DNA of 64,000 nucleotides. Origin: the human T2T-CHM13v2.0 reference genome, Homo sapiens. The stretch lies in assembly GCF_009914755.1 (NCBI RefSeq), contig NC_060931.1; one strand, written 5' to 3'. The notes below the pieces were generated by a model. The model saw only the letters and a list, made by a program, of their open reading frames with translations, did not search any database and had not been told where the DNA came from. Below are positions 1 through 16,776 of this stretch, piece after piece (positions within the stretch are counted from its first letter, which is position 1; each line of letters begins with the position of its first letter). The translations under genes and the position numbers were made by a program.

Positions 1-999
1 ATATGTTCTGATTCAAAGTAATAAATCTGTGTGTTGTGCGTTTTGGAACTTTTGGGTTTCCAAAAAGGTGATGTTTCTGAACATTGAGAAGAGATCATTC
101 TGGTGGTAAGAAATAGAGCAGCAATGAACAGGCATCCAGGAAAAACAAAACAAAAAAGAGACTATTTTAATGAAGTTTGCCTTGTTCCACTTGCCCTCAA
201 CTTCTTTTTTATCTCATTGCCTCCCAGTTATTTGGGTAGTTTCTCTTAATAGAAATAGAGAAAGAAAAGCAGTAAAACAAAGAAAGCAGAAGGAGTAAAG
301 TCTTTATGGTAGGTGAGCAAGTAAAGTTAGAAATAAATGGAGAGAAAAAAATGAAAAGACTAACTAATAGAGCAAATATAATTGTTGAGATCCAGTGGAC
401 CCAGCCAAAATTAAATCAAGCCAATCTATGTTTTCTGAGATCCAATCATGTGCAAGGTCTCAAGTATATTCAAATGTTTTAAAGATTGTGTTTTTAGGTC
501 CTCATGAAAAACACAAATACACCTAAGAGTGAGGTTAGGGAACAGTATATGAGGTTGTGATTGACACAAAGTAGAATAGCATATTTTAACATTTTATCCA
601 CAAAGACATACTGATTCCAATAGATGATGCATGCTTTCTTTCATGAGGTAAGTGAAAGAATAAAATTTCATTTACAAAACTTAATTTATCAAACTTTTCA
701 AGACTATGCCTATTGTAATCATACTGAAAGCTACCTCTATATATTACTTTAAATCTATTATAGTTTGTACAACTGAAAATTTATTTTAAGCAAGTATTTT
801 GGAGGCAAGAATAGCAGATGAAATAACTACATACTACTAGGAGTAATGATGACACTTAAGAGGCTGAAATTTTATATAAATACAGCTAGAATTTTTAATT
901 TAAGAAACATTAAAAATGAATAGTGGAGCAGGTTTACTAAAATGTTGGAAAAGAATAATTTATTATAATCATACAAAAATAAATGATTCTATACAAATG

Positions 1000-1500
1000 G
1001 TATATGTGTTTATAATTATCTATTTATATGTGGTATATATATTATTGTATACACCAAATTAAAGGAAATGTGTTTATAGTTTGTATCATGTATCATTTCA
1101 TGCTTATTATTTTTTGAAGATAATCTTTAATGGTTAGATAGCAATTCATCAAATGGACATAGTGTCTTTTAATCAATTTCCTATTCTTAGACATTTTGGT
1201 TATTTCAAACCTTATACTATTACAAACTTTGAACATAAATCTTGATTATATCTCCATTATTTCTGTAAAGATGAATTCAGGGAGAAATACTCAGGTAGAG
1301 ATTATAATCATTTTTAAAATAACTGTTCATGAAATAGTATTCTAGGTGGTTATTCTAAAATCCCACTTTATGAAAGTGATAATTTCTGTATACTCTAGCC
1401 AATGCTGATTTTTTTCCTATTATTTTAATATTTTGGCCAATTTAGTAGGTGAAAATTGTATTTTATTGTTTAGATTTGTATGTGTTTGATAACTTGTGAG
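1000..1500 (-). mobile_element. Ancient L1M(E) 3' fragment
   Basis: Degenerate L1M antisense motifs such as aatcaatttcctattcttagacattttggttatttc and ttggccaatttagtaggtgaaaatt. Boundaries approximate. Confidence 0.5.
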
Positions 1501-1783
1501 GCTACATATCAATCCATATGTTACAGATACAATCAGAATAATTTTGTCATTACTCCTAATACCCTATCTGCCACACACAGAAATAACTATAATTTGAATT
1601 CAAATTTGAATTATAGTAACTTTATTTTTTTTCTTTTTAGGAACATGCTATGTCTCTCACTTTATTTGCTTTTATTTACTTCCCATTTATAAAACTAGAA
1701 AGCTTAAACTATAATTCCAGTTTTATTTTTAAATTTTATTATTGTCTCATGAATTTTATCAATAAAATTGACTTGTATTATAC

Positions 1784-1966
1784 CTGCTCCTGTTGAAAAA
1801 CTTGGATCACAGGAAATAGGATCATCTACATTCTCCACAAAAACTGTAAACGTATAGCTGCTGGTATTATTCCCATTATCTGTTGCCTCAGTTTCCAAAG
1901 AGTAGATTTTGGAGTTACTTGGGTTGTCAAGATTCAAAGGCTGAAGAAGAGTGATTGTTCCTGTGA
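1784..1966 (-). pseudogene. Cadherin exon A (second half of EC3)
   Basis: Acceptor tttctttttattag|TC, donor CAG|gtataa; 183 nt, phase 1-1. Reads TGTITLLQPLNLD...YSLETEATDNG...VENVDDPISC; overlaps ORF 1704..1937. Confidence 0.92.
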
Positions 1967-2144
1967 CTAATAAAAAGAAATAAAATGAAGAAAAATGACC
2001 AAACTAAGATAATCAAGCCTATGTTAGCTTATTTATGTTAATGATGTTTTAATTCACTTAACAATATACTTTTTTCATACATGAGAAAAGCAATATTTCG
2101 CAATTCTATGTCCATTGGAAATATTTTCTTAAAAGCTTCTGTTT

Positions 2145-2444
<300 letters not shown>

Positions 2445-3032
2445 AAGCTTCTGTTTGCTTTATGGTTACATTGTAAATATAATTAAATATTAAAAATGGT
2501 TGCATCATATTTTTCAAGTTTCTAAATTATCATTCATTTACTAAGCATAGATAGCATCCCTACTTAAAAAATATCAAACACAAACCAGAATATTTTACTT
2601 TAATTACAACAATAAATGCTGTTTTTCAGCCTGAAAAATTAGTCAAACCATATTAAAATCTTAATCATTCATTGCTTCTGCCTTCTATCTTAACTCAATC
2701 TTATTGTGTACAAAAATGAAAAATGAGCTCAAATGTCAAACTTATAAAAAAATGGCAATAACAGAACTCTTTATTTCTGGTACCATCACCTATCTTCCCT
2801 CCCAGAATTTCTCCTTTCTTGTTCAAAAATCTTCTACCTTGACCCTACCCTGAATGTCTTCATAATTTCCACAAGGCCTTGTGGAATCTCTTCCAAATTT
2901 TCTCTTGCTAGTACATCATTATTTATTAAATGGACTTCTTCTCCCACTGATATTTGCATCTTGAAGTTAAATGCATAAGTTGCCAACGACTTTCAGGATT
3001 CAAATAAATTATCTCAAATATTGAATGATTAG

Positions 3033-3910
<878 letters not shown>

Positions 3911-4356
3911 AACCAGCTAGTGTGACAACCCATAAGAGAGAAATATTTCAGAACAGCAATCCTGTTCACACAGGCAGAAATCTGTTCATAATAAATATCC
4001 AAAACCTAGTCATTCTGGAAAAGTCCCAATTTTCTCAAATCAAATTGAGATAGATATGACATTTCATCCTATAATTTATAAGGATGCACAGAAGCATTTG
4101 TATTGAGTGCCTCTGAAAAATGATAGTCAGTTATAAAAGCAAGGTATTACATCACCCATTATTTCACAAGAATGTCATTTTCAGAAATAGGAAAGCAGCA
4201 ACTGTCAAATACCACATGTTTGGGGAATGTTTTATTCTTCAGATTTCATTTAATTTTGAAAGGGCAGTTTTACCAGCCTAAGATCTAATGGAAGTGCAGA
4301 GATTAGATAGTGAATGTTTAGCCAAAGTAGGCTAAAAGTATTTATTTAAAACTTAC

Positions 4357-4502
4357 AGGGGTCCAAACAAAACATTTTCTGCTGAGTCTTAAAGGAATAA
4401 ATGATACTGCTATCTTCATCTCGATCTGTTGCTTTTACTCTTGCTATAATTTCTCCAACAGATTTCTTCTCAGTCACATTAATAGAATCCAAAGGAAATG
4501 GC
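4357..4502 (-). pseudogene. Cadherin exon B (first half of EC3)
   Basis: Acceptor ttttttcttaag|G, donor CCT|gtaagt; 146 nt, phase 2-1. Reads INVTEKKSVGEIIARVKATDRDED...FCLDP; lies within ORF 4346..4561. Confidence 0.92.
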
Positions 4503-6275
4503 CTTAAGAAAAAATGGCGATAAAAAATTTTGAGGATACAAATTTGAGAATTCTTACACACATAATTGCCAAGTTATGATAAGCTGTAAATAATCTTTTG
4601 GATTTATAATATCACCTTCCTCTTGTCAAGAATTTAACAAGTCCCAAAGCTATTCAAATATTGAACAAATCAATTTGTGGCACAAAGTTATTTAACTTTT
4701 TGCAAAAGCACTAATTTTTAATCACATAGTCTCTAGCACCATGTACGTGAAAGACATGACATAAGAGAGATGGAAAATGAAAAACAAAATGGAACAGTGC
4801 ACCTCCATTATTCCAGATATTCAATTTATGGAATAATTGGCAACTGAACATAAAGGACTAAATATATTCGTTTTCATCTTGTTATCTGATATGATGAAAT
4901 TCTGTCCAAAGTCATCACTTACTAGGGCAAGTTTCCAGATAGTTCTCATAAATATATTGCTTAACCTCTTCAAGTCGTACGGAAAAGTCCTTGATCAATT
5001 TCCAAAACATTTCTGAGAGTTACATTTAGTTCTTATTCAGCCTTTCATTCAGGCATCAGACATTTATTGATAACCTACCATGTGTCACTCCAGTTAATGT
5101 ACATGACTAAGTCTTAGTACTTGTTTAGATCTCACTGCTACTGGGAAACACAAGGATAAACAGCTATAATACTAGGTAATAGATGCTGTCAGTTTGCTGC
5201 AAATTTTAAAAAGAGAGAAGACTAATTCTGGGGATAGAAGAGAGGTTCAAGGAAGTCCTCAAAGGAATGTAAATTCAAAGGAAAAGTGAGTGATGCCATC
5301 CCTTGGGAAACTTTCTTGATCACAGTAATCTAATGTGGTTTCTCTTCTACAAAGTGTTTTCTCCTTTGTGCCATAATACAATGTAAATTATAATATTTAT
5401 ATTCTGGACCACATTAAATCTTTCTCTTAATTAATTGTTACTTAACATGCAGTATCACTTGAGAGATGAAAAAGGTAGTTCAGGGCAATATTTCAATAAT
5501 TTTTGCATTGTTTATAATATCTAGCATTAAATTCTACAAAAAAGTAAAATCAATAAGTTCATGCTTATTGAAGACATGAAGGCAGCAGAAAATTTTTCCA
5601 AAAAGTTGATGGCAACTCTATTACAAACACAGTTAGGAAAGTGATTCCTACAAATAAAGGATAAACTAAGCTCCAAATTACCTTAAGTTGTTCACATAAT
5701 ATAACTTAAAATGAATTTGGGGAATCAAACAATGAATTACTCTCCTTAGTCATCTGTAGAGATACAACTTAGTGATATAAGGAAAGTAACTTGAAAACTA
5801 TTTTTCTTTTTCTCTTTCATAATCTAAGAAGTATTTGATTCCTCTTAGATTGTAGTAATACATTTCATTACTACATTTTGAAGTATAGAAAAACATCTAA
5901 CATTCATTGCGTTCATTATCTGCAAACAGTTTTGAATGCTACAACTGTACCTCCAGAGTATGAAAGTAAAATATTTTAAATTAAATACTTTAAGCTTAAG
6001 GTCTACCTTTCTCTTTATTTAAAATTAATGTAATTATTAAAAAAGCAATGTAGCAACTATGAATAATCTTCAGCAAAGGAAAAAAAAGATACACCAAGAT
6101 CTTTTACCATATTACAATGTTGGTAACTTCTAAATTTGCTTTCCAGTATTTTCTAATACATAGTTTACTTTTTATCTGTGTATACCTTAATCATTGATAT
6201 ATAGTCATATATTTTAACAACATCAAAAAAAAATTCTGAGTAGCTACATAATCTTTATTATCATTATTTATAACA

Positions 6276-6879
6276 CAGTCATCCTTGGTATCCATGGGTT
6301 TTATTTTCATAGACTTAACCAACCATGGGGGACAAAAATATTCCCTAAATATGGTATAACAACTACTTACATAGCATTTATACTATATTAGGTATTATAA
6401 GTAATACAGAGATGATTTAAAGTATACAAGAGGATGTACATAGGTTATATGAAAATAAAACTACCGGTGTGGTGGCTCACACCTCTAATCCCAGCACTTT
6501 GGGAGGCCGAGGTGGGCGGATTGGAACATTTGAGGTCAGTAGTTCGAGACCAGCCTGGCCAACATGGTGAAACCCCATCTCTACTAAAAATACAAAAATT
6601 AGCCTGGTGTGGTGGCACACACCTGTAGTCCCAGCTACTCCACTTGGGAGGCTGAGGCAATTGCTTGAACCCAAGAGGTGGAGGTTGCAGTGAGCCAAGA
6701 TCGCGTCACTGCACTCCAGCCTGGGCGACAGAGTGAGAATCTGTCTCAAATAAATAAATAAATAAATAAATGAAAAGAAAAAAATAATACACCATTATAA
6801 AAGATTCTTGAGCATCCATAGCTTTTGGTATTCAGGGGAGTCCTGGAATGCATGCCCCACAGATACCAAGGGCCGACTG
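6276..6879. mobile_element. Tigger3-like non-autonomous DNA transposon with a nested Alu
   Basis: Terminal inverted repeats cagtcatccttggtatc / gataccaagggccgactg; internal atagcatttatactatattaggtattataagtaat motif. Confidence 0.75.
6466..6783 (+). mobile_element. AluS
   Basis: Dimeric Alu with a (TAAA)n tail. Confidence 0.93.
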
Positions 6880-6942
6880 TATATGTGAAAAGTTTATTTT
6901 AACCATTCTCCTATGTATACACTTTGAAATAAATATGCTCAC

Positions 6943-7046
6943 TCAAATTGAGGCTTCTCATCATTTATGTTTCTAATCAAGATAATTAGTGTCCCTTGAC
7001 AGAACAGACCTGTTGTATCTGTTGCTTTCAGTATAAGGTGGAAAAC
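6943..7046 (-). pseudogene. Cadherin exon C (end of EC2)
   Basis: Acceptor ctcttttccag|GTT, donor TGA|gtgagc; 104 nt, phase 0-2. Reads VFHLILKATDTTGLFCQGTLIILIRNINDEKPQF. Not in the ORF track. Confidence 0.92.
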
Positions 7047-8915
7047 CTGGAAAAGAGTTTTTTAAAACTTTAAAAATACTATTTTATAATACATATATAC
7101 TTTCACAATATGCATCCTGTTAGGTTTTTGTTTTGTTTTGTTTTCTCCACCTAAATATAGCTTCTTATTTTTCTTCTCATTAGTTAAAAGAAATACAAGT
7201 GCTTTCTTATTTGTATTTACTTATCTTTCCTACTTAGTTAGATTCATTATAAGTTGCTTCATTTCATATGGAATTAAATTTCACACAAAAGTCTGTGTAG
7301 CTTGGCTATATACCTCAATCCAGAAAAAAATCAAAACCCCTCCCAAATGAACAAATTCTAGATTTAATCTTAAACCAAAATATGATGCACTGGAACTACT
7401 GACAAAGCAAGCTGATTGATGTTAAACCCTAGAAATAGGAAGATGGGCTACTCTTTGGGATCCATGACACAAGGAATTTCTGAAGAATTGAGAATGTCAT
7501 CAAACATTGAATATTCTTCTCCTCAGCCTGTCACTCATCTCACCCCTTAGAAACCATTTACTCATATCAGGAAATGCCCTTTTGAAAACAAAAACAAAAA
7601 CCAAACACCATGGAGGCGGTAAGTATCCACTAAAAACCCTTTTTGAGCAGATATTCAATAAAACTCTACAGCGTATAAGACTCCATGCTGAGGAAAGGGC
7701 TGACAATGATTCTACCAAATTTCAGTCCCTTGGATAAGTAATTACATGTCAGATGTCATATAATGAATTGATCAGTTATTCAGTGGAAAGATGAAAGTGA
7801 TCTTAAAGGACTTGGTAGAAGATAGGTTGAATGTCGGTCAAGGCAGGAGGTGAAGAGGCCCAGGAAGAGTCAGAGATACGGAGCTGAACTGTTTACATGC
7901 ATGATGTCCATTTATCTTCCAGCTAACCTATCTCATATTGTAGTCCTAATACTCAAGCTGCTTAAAAGATATGTATCATTGACTTCTCCACCATCCTCTA
8001 ACATACAGCACATCAAATTGAAATTTAAATGGAATTCATTGACTTTCTTCCACCATTTATGTTCTTTCAGGCCAGAAAGTTAGTATCTTCAAATATTAAC
8101 TCTTCCCTCGAATTATCTTATCAGCAGCAAATTCTCTATTTTTACTCCAATCTCTTGCATTTTCCCCTTCTTGCTATTTTCTCAATTACCTTATTGAAAT
8201 AATAAATTTGAAGACACTTCTGAAAACAGAAATTTTTTTACAATATTGTAAAACATTATTTTACGATCATAATAATACCAACCTTTATTTCTCGAACTAC
8301 ACACTTCATTTCTATGTGGACAGACTATCTCCAATAGCTGGTTTCTTTCCAGTCAGTTGTTCATACTTACATATCCTTCATTTTCCACTCAGAAAAATCA
8401 TCCCTGAATGCTTTCCTTAAATTATATTTCTCATGTAAATACCATCTAATGTTCTTCTTTCTTACCATGTTAGTTTCAAATTCACCTATAAGGTTTATGC
8501 CCAATCTTACATTGGCTACCTAAGTGAGTTAACACTCTAAGTGGGGTAGGGTGTATGAATCATAATAGTTTCAATATGAAAACTTGACTGATTTAAGTTT
8601 CTTTCATTTCTTTGATGTTCAGAAAGATTTAAATTTTAATGATTTACTGATTTGGTTTTCCCAGATTAAAATGACAATTTTTTTCATAAACTTTTTTTGG
8701 TAGAACTAAAATGTTAAGACATAATCTCTATATTTGGAGTAACCATAATGATTGGATGTAGGATTTTGGTTAACTGCACAAATCCTCAGAAATGAATGAC
8801 ACAAAATATTAATCTTCCTTCAAAATAACAAGGTGTCTAATTTTTCATGAAGAGCTCAAAGTGATAAAAATTCTGTTTCACTCTGCATGGAAAAATAAAT
8901 AAACATTTTAATTAC

Positions 8916-9038
8916 ATGATATCCAGTATCCAAATCCAGGGGATCTTCACCTCTTAATCTAACAACATCACTTATAGGATCCGTTCCAAAAGAGTTTGCT
9001 CCTTTCTTTGGTCCAGATAACTGTGTCTCAATGGTGTA
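8916..9038 (-). pseudogene. Cadherin exon D (middle of EC2)
   Basis: Acceptor ttattcttcaag|TAC, donor CAT|gtaatt; 123 nt, phase 0-0. Reads YTIE...FGTDPISDVVRLRGEDPLDLD; lies within ORF 8856..9059. Confidence 0.88.
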
Positions 9039-9329
9039 CTTGAAGAATAAAATATGCATTACTCAAAACTGAATAAATGAGAAGGCATGGAAGATCATTA
9101 AGACATGATATTGGGGCAAATATATAGAAAGTTCCCTATTTTCACACTGATTAATTTCAGTTTTTCTTTATGATCTACTAGTATTAGAACCACTGACATC
9201 ATCTTTTTCAGAATAAAGGAAAAACAATATGGTTGTTTAGCCTATGAACATAACCAAAATGTTTGCTATTTTTTAAATAGAACTGCACAACCCTTTACAG
9301 TTTTCTCACATAAGTTTTTAAAAGCTTAA

Positions 9330-9624
<295 letters not shown>

Positions 9625-11034
9625 AAAAGCTTAACTTTTATTAAGTATTTGTTTAATATTAATTTAATTCTGCAAATTAATATAACACTGAAAGAGTGTA
9701 CAGAATAAACTCACTATCACTATCATTATCATTAAAAGTATACAAAATAAACTCATTATCAGTTTTAAGAAACAAAAGAATTATAATGGTATAAACCCGT
9801 TTCAAGTGTTACCATTTCAAATATTAATGTAGTTTATAATTTATCTTATGCTCTTAATATTCCTTTTTATTTATTTGCTACCACTTCTTAGAATAGGTAA
9901 AAGTAGGTAAATATAGCCTCAAAAGTATCTGAAAACTATTTAGTTTGGAAGGAGGTAAAATTTCACTGAGGAAAAGTTTAATTACTTCTGTGTGCTTCTT
10001 TGTAATCTGATATGATTTCTAGGCTCTAAAAATAGAACTATTTCTCAAAACATTGAATTTTAAAACAATCACCTGTTTGGTTCCTATTATGTTTCTGAAA
10101 ATGACAGAAGTGGTAATAATTACTGTCAGCTGGAGCACAGCGTTTTAAAAAATTTATTGAAAAGACATCATGTAATGGGAAAGATCTTGTGTTTCTAAAC
10201 AATTTAATTTTGGCTCGTCCACAACAAAATATTTTTGGAGTATCCCACAGGGATTTTAAATACTTTGACAACGGCACATGTATCACTGAAGGTTAATGGA
10301 AGGAAAAATTATCTCTTATAATTGCGAAAATCAAACACCAGGGGTATTAAGTGACTTCCCCAGTATTACAGCTCTAGTTGGTGGTAAAGCCATACGTAGC
10401 CCAAGTCATCTGACAACCCCACCGCCATTTGGTGGTGCTCCATTACTTTATACTGTGAGTTACTACATTAGAAGTAGTAAACTATTTCAATGCATGTTCA
10501 GAAAGAACAGCTGCAGAGCAAGCATGCTGACTTTTGTAGTCCATTGCATTGCTAAAGTCTCCAAAACAAACTTTATAGATTCTTTTCATTTTGCCAAATC
10601 TCTAAGAGACTTCACATCCATGAATCAATTAAGAGAAAAAGCGAGTCTCTTAGGGTTAAATACTTAGTAATTAGGATACTGAAACATCAAAAAATATATA
10701 ATCACATTCATATGTGTCATTGAAATAGCTAGGAAAGAGAAATAGTTCTGATTAGTTCCAAAAGGCAAAGCCCCAGTTTTGTCTCAGCATTGACATCTTC
10801 CTCCCAGTCCCCCACCTCAATTAGAAGTCATGTAATTTTCCTGTATGCCTCAAGAAAATAGCTTCTTCTAAAAATGCCATTTCCAACATTAACATGAATA
10901 TTGCATCATGGTGGTTGTAAACTTCATACAATCTTTAATTATCAAATTATATTAACTGTCCTTGAAAATTTTTTGAAAAGATTACACTTTACGTTGAAGT
11001 GATAAATGCACCTGGCACAATGATCGCCACCTAC

Positions 11035-11129
11035 ATTCAGCCTATCACCATTTGCGAAGACCTCATCTGTGGCCGTCACTCTATAAATGGACTGAAATAA
11101 TGGATAGTCCTCATCAATTTCTAAGGTAG
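11035..11129 (-). pseudogene. Cadherin exon E (start of EC2)
   Basis: Acceptor tttctgcttcacag|CT, donor AAT|gtaggt; 95 nt, phase 1-0. Reads TLEIDEDYPLFQSIYRVTATDEVFANGDRLN. Not in the ORF track. Confidence 0.9.
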
Positions 11130-12126
11130 CTGTGAAGCAGAAATCAAGTTGTATCAGAAAATTAAAGTATACTAGGCATTCACTATCTCTTTATATAATA
11201 AAAACAGAACAATATTAATTTCAGATTGGATTCTGAGTCTGGGACAATATTTTAATATTTTAAGATAGTAATTTATTTTTTCTCACTTTTGTGTTTTTCC
11301 CCCTGGCTTTGGATCATCCTTCCTGCCCTCACCCAGTGCCTTTTCCTTACTTCCTGGCACTATTTGAGGCAACTATAGCTTAATGAAAAAGAACATGATA
11401 CATATGCTGACAAACTGTCCTATGGGAAGCCAGAGTGGTAGCTTCATAAAATATTTCTGTACAATTTCTAGACCTGATTGGGTCATAATGGGGAGGAACT
11501 CTGTTTCTTACAAAAGCACATGTGTGAACAGCTGATTAACATCCAGCTCTCACACACCTCCTAACATCTTCTCAGCCTTGACCATGGGTGAAAAGCTCAA
11601 TCTAAAATATAACATGGATGCAGTGACTTCAGGAAAGAAGTGGGTAAAATTGTTCCATAAGGAGTAATAAGACATTTTAAAATTTCTTATTTCTTACATA
11701 CAGAAATGTGTAGACCAAATGTATATGTTGTTATAAAAATAAATTTTAACAACTTGCTCAACTAAATTTAATTTTTTCACATGTAGTTATATTTAAAGTT
11801 AATGACTAGGTGATTTTTGAGTAGCTAAAGATAATGGTGGTTACCTAGAACCATGTCTCCCAGTATTTTCTCCAAAAACAATACAGAAAAAAAGAAGAAA
11901 TAATATTAGACAAAAGCCATGCCCTCAGCATAAATTGAAGACAGAATATGACCAAACTTCATCATAACTTTAAGTAAATTTTAACATGTCACGTTTCTAT
12001 CCCACCATGAGCCCTCGTGGCAAGTCAAGAATGGCCCAGAAAACTACAGGTATGAGAAGAAGAGAAAGCTAACAACAAGCCTAAGATTGATGGGATGTAA
12101 AATTATTTCCAGAAAGAGTAAGTCTA

Positions 12127-12447
<321 letters not shown>

Positions 12448-15265
12448 CTATGATGTTAAAAGTATTATCCATGCTTAGTACTGTGACAGATACATAAATG
12501 AATAAAAGCAAGTTTATCATACACCAATTTATATTTTTCTTAAGGACAAATAAATAATAACAAAATTGATTTTAAGATAATAAGCATTTTAAACAAAATA
12601 ATGAATTAGCTAAAACATCTATTAGAGGTATAAAAACATCTAGAAAAGATTTTGACTCAAATAATCAGAACAGTGAACTTAAATTTAAAAAAATTTCCAA
12701 TAATTAGATAAATGTCAGATTTTGTGATACTTCATAAACATAGGCCTGAGCTATTGGTTGCAAAGAGAATTATTAGAGGAATAATTAGAATAACTCAGTG
12801 CCCTTAATTAAGTCTCTGTTCTGTTACTCTTCAACTTTCTACAATAGTTGTTTCAAACCTTGCCTTTTTGACTAAAACCTCTTACACCTACCCTTCCCCT
12901 CTATCTCACTCTTCATAGAGGATCTCTCATCTTACTGCATAGAAAACAGATACCATTAGATCAGTGGTAGCTCACTTTTTCTCATGGGATCTACAAACTC
13001 ACTTCTGTTGGTACCTTCTTTACTATAAAAGGCAAGAACTTGTTACTAAAGATAATCCTTGTTCATTGGGTGGTAACACACCCTATACTTTCTCAAGGAC
13101 TTGTCTCTTTACCTCCCATCTTCAGTCACTCCCTCACTTTCTGGGTACTCTCTATTAGCACTTAAACATGCTCAAGTCTCTTTCATTTTAAAAGAAACAC
13201 CCTTGACCCTAAGCTTACCCTTACAATGTCCATATCTCTCTCTTACCCTTCAGGGGCAGAGTCTGTACATTTCTTTACCCCCTGTTCAGTCCTTAGTTCA
13301 CACTATTAGAGGTTCTGCCTCTACAAACAGAGGCTATTTCCAGCAAGTCATCAAAGTCTTCCATGCTGCCAGACCCACTGGACACTCAGTGTCCACCTTA
13401 CTTAACCTCTCTTCAACATTTACACAGTTGACTCTTCCTTCTACTCTTGGCAGAAAAGGAGAATTGCACATCTATAGGAATCACCCCTAAACTTCTGAGT
13501 ACCTTTGGAAAAACTGCCTGTGAAAATCAAAGTTGGCAAGTTTCTCAAACAGCCATTAAGTTCCCCGATCAGGCAAAGTCCTTATTACAGCTTTCCAAAT
13601 CTTAACTAACAATTTCTTAATAATCTGCAGTCCTCTCTAGCTACTGCCCTATTCTCTCATCCTTGAGTGTATTTTTTACCTTTTCTTTGACTGGACAGAG
13701 TCAGCAGTGGGAATGGAAAACAGGAAGCAGAAGCAGGTGGTTATAAGACTCAAGGGCCCTCAGTGACCCTTGAGGTTTGACAAAAGAAAGGGGCTAGGAA
13801 TTCAGGAGAGCTCAGAAGAGATGACCTGGAGTCTAACCCCTTGACCAAGAGAGTAAGAAAAAACATGAAGAGATTTCAGTTGCTTATTCATATTCATAGG
13901 CAATATCATTAGTGAAAGTGGCTGTGTATGCGTCCATGTTAGTTTTGAAAAATAACTGCACATGGTTATGAGACAACACTGCCTTTAGTAGTGAAAATTT
14001 AATAAATAATGACTTTATATCAACAAAATGGAGTAAACATTACATTTCTGAATGTAATCAATGTTCCTGCTGTAGCTTTTAAGGTGATAAATGTAACATT
14101 TGAGCACAATGTAATAGAGATGTATTCATGAAAATCCTAGTTTATTTTATAATCAACTTAAAATGTTCTTAATATGGCTCATTTAATGAAATAATTGGTT
14201 TTTGTTAGTATGGTCCAAATTTAAAAATGGTAAGTTTTTATTCATTTATATTTTCAAAAGAAATTGATAGTTTACATTCATGATCTTTCAGAGCATGTTT
14301 TCAGAGTATTATATATTTTAACTGCAATGATAAAGAGAATTTCTTTTAAGCATACACTCAAATTGAGACTCCCAACTCACTAGTACTTTTCCAGAGATTC
14401 AGCTGCAAGTAAAATCTGAATAGAAAAATCTTAAAGCTTCAAGGCATTTCAAATTTATTAAACATAAAAAATTGAAATTGTAAATAGAGACATGTAAGTG
14501 TTTAGGAGATACATAGATGGGTAGACAAGATTGACAGATGATTGATTGACTGATTGCACCTGTGCTTTGTTCCCATTTCTCACCTACTTTATTTGTCTTC
14601 AGCCTCCTCATCAAATGGATTCTCCATGTTGTAAAATTACTCATGTCTCCCTTTAAAAAGAAATCCAGCAGACTCAACTCTTGCAATCCCATATGATTTT
14701 GTTTCTTCATTCTCTCCAACTTTATGTGCAAATTAAAAAAAAAAAAGATGTTTTCTGTTTTTACAATCTCACTAATCAATCTGCTCCATTCTGGCTCCCA
14801 TCCCTATAACACCCATAAAATAGTTCTCAAACTCATTAGTTGTCACTTTCCTGATATTGTTAACTCAATGCATTTTACTTGTTGTGGAATATAAGACTGC
14901 TAACCACTGGCACTCTTGAAACACTATTCTCCTTTGCCATTCATGACATAATTCCCCTTTTTCTACCACCACTTTAGCAGCTCCTTCTTTGTCTCCTTGG
15001 CAGGCTGAGTTTCTTCCCCACGTCATTAAGTGTAGGAGTTCCTCAGGGTTGGCCCTCTGCCCTCCTTTCTTCTAATTCTCTACTCTTGGGTTAAGTAATC
15101 TCATCCAAATCCATGGTTTCAATTACAAAACATTAATAGCCCTGGGTAAGACCTCCAAGCCCAACTGCTTACACAAATCTATCCTTTGATATAACAAAGG
15201 CATATCAAAAAGGACCTTTGCAAAAGTGAACTCTTGATTTTTCTCTCCAAATTTGGTATATTTCT

Positions 15266-15565
15266 TTCTTTTTTTTTTTTTTTTTTGAGATGGAGTCTCA
15301 CTCTGTCACCCAGGCTGGAGTACAGTGGCACCATCTCGGTTCACTGCAACCTCCACCTCCCGGGTTCAAGCAATTCTCTGCATCAGCCTCCCAAGTGGCT
15401 AGGATTACAGGCGCCCGCCACCACGCCCGGCTAATTTTTGTATTTTTAGTAGAGATGAGGTTTCACCATCTTGGCCAGGTTGGTCTTGAACTCGTGACCT
15501 CGTGATCCACCCGCCTTGGCCTCCCAAAGTGTTGGGATTACAGGTGTGAGCCACCGCGCCTGGCC
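15266..15565 (-). mobile_element. AluS
   Basis: Perfect 17-bp TSD aaatttggtatatttct at 15249-15265 and 15566-15582. Confidence 0.95.
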
Positions 15566-15814
15566 AAATTTGGTATATTTCTAAGTTTTCCTATATTTCT
15601 TGAGGATTTCCACACCAGTTACACAGATTAGAAAACCCAGTCCCTTCTCTCCTTCATTCTACTAAATTCATCACCAGCTATATTATTAAAATGTCCTAAG
15701 ATTATCCTTTTCTCATCTCTATCATCTTCCTAGGCCAAACTATACCATTCCTTGCCTAGATGACTGAAATGAATGTCTTCTTTTTTCTACTCTATGGGTC
15801 TTCAAACCACCACC

Positions 15815-16776
15815 CTTCAGCCAAATCTAGACTATTGCCTGGTTTTGTATGCTCTGTAAGCTAAGAATAGTTTTTGTACTTTAAATAAAAATGGTTTAAA
15901 AATAGTTTAAACAATCAAAAGAAGTCTAATATTTTGTGACACATGAAATTTATATAGAGTTCAAATTTCAGTATTTATAAAGTTTTAACAAGACATATAT
16001 ACTCATTTATTTATAGATCATATATTGTTGCATTCTTGCTACTGAGTTGAGTGATGGAAATATATGGTGTTCTCATCACCTCAAATACCATGAATTCCAA
16101 TAATCCAGTTATAACAGCATTCTGAGTACCATATTCTTTTTAATTATCATATCTACCCACCATGGCAAAACAAGAAAAGAAGAGAAAAATAAACTGAATG
16201 ACACACTTTTAAGGCATGATGCAGTGTGGATTGTTTTGTTTTTAAGTTATGTGTCCAAAAACTGTTTTTATTATGTAATAACATTATAACTTTGATATTA
16301 ATAAAAGAATACAATACATGTCTGAAAAAAAAGACTAAGTACTCATCCCAGTATTCCCACTTGACAGAAAAACAATGATCAGAAAAAGTAGAAAATTTAA
16401 AATAAAATATTTCATGAAGACAGACTTTATTCACAAAAATAATTACCAATGAAACTGCAGTAAAAAAAGATTCTAAGCAGTTCATTAGTTAGCTAAGTAA
16501 GGAAAGAGATTTGCTGATGGTATTTAATGTCCCATCCAATAAAGAGAAACTCCAACCCCTCCCAAATGAAAATTCACTCCTCTCATTAGCAGAGCTGTAG
16601 TACAAAATTATACCCAATTGTTACTGTTATTATCTTTTAAAAATTTATCAATAAAAATTGTAGATATTTATTTCCTTGCTTATAAGTACTACCTAAATAA
16701 TAGACTCAATTTATCTTTTGGCTTGCAAGGCCTAAAATATTTACTTTCTGGCCTTTTACAATGCTTGCTGACACCT
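15815..16776. mobile_element. hAT-Charlie/MER58-type DNA transposon fossil
   Basis: MER58-like ends (gccaaatc...gcctggttttgta; gcctaaaatatttactttctggccttttaca...tgctgacacct) around AT-rich internal sequence. Confidence 0.6.

Noticed and set aside
10038-10667. ORFs 10038..10286 (-) and 10296..10667 (+) in the intron between exons D and E
   Set aside because: No recognisable domain, and not needed for the cadherin frame (exon E ends in phase 0 and joins D directly).
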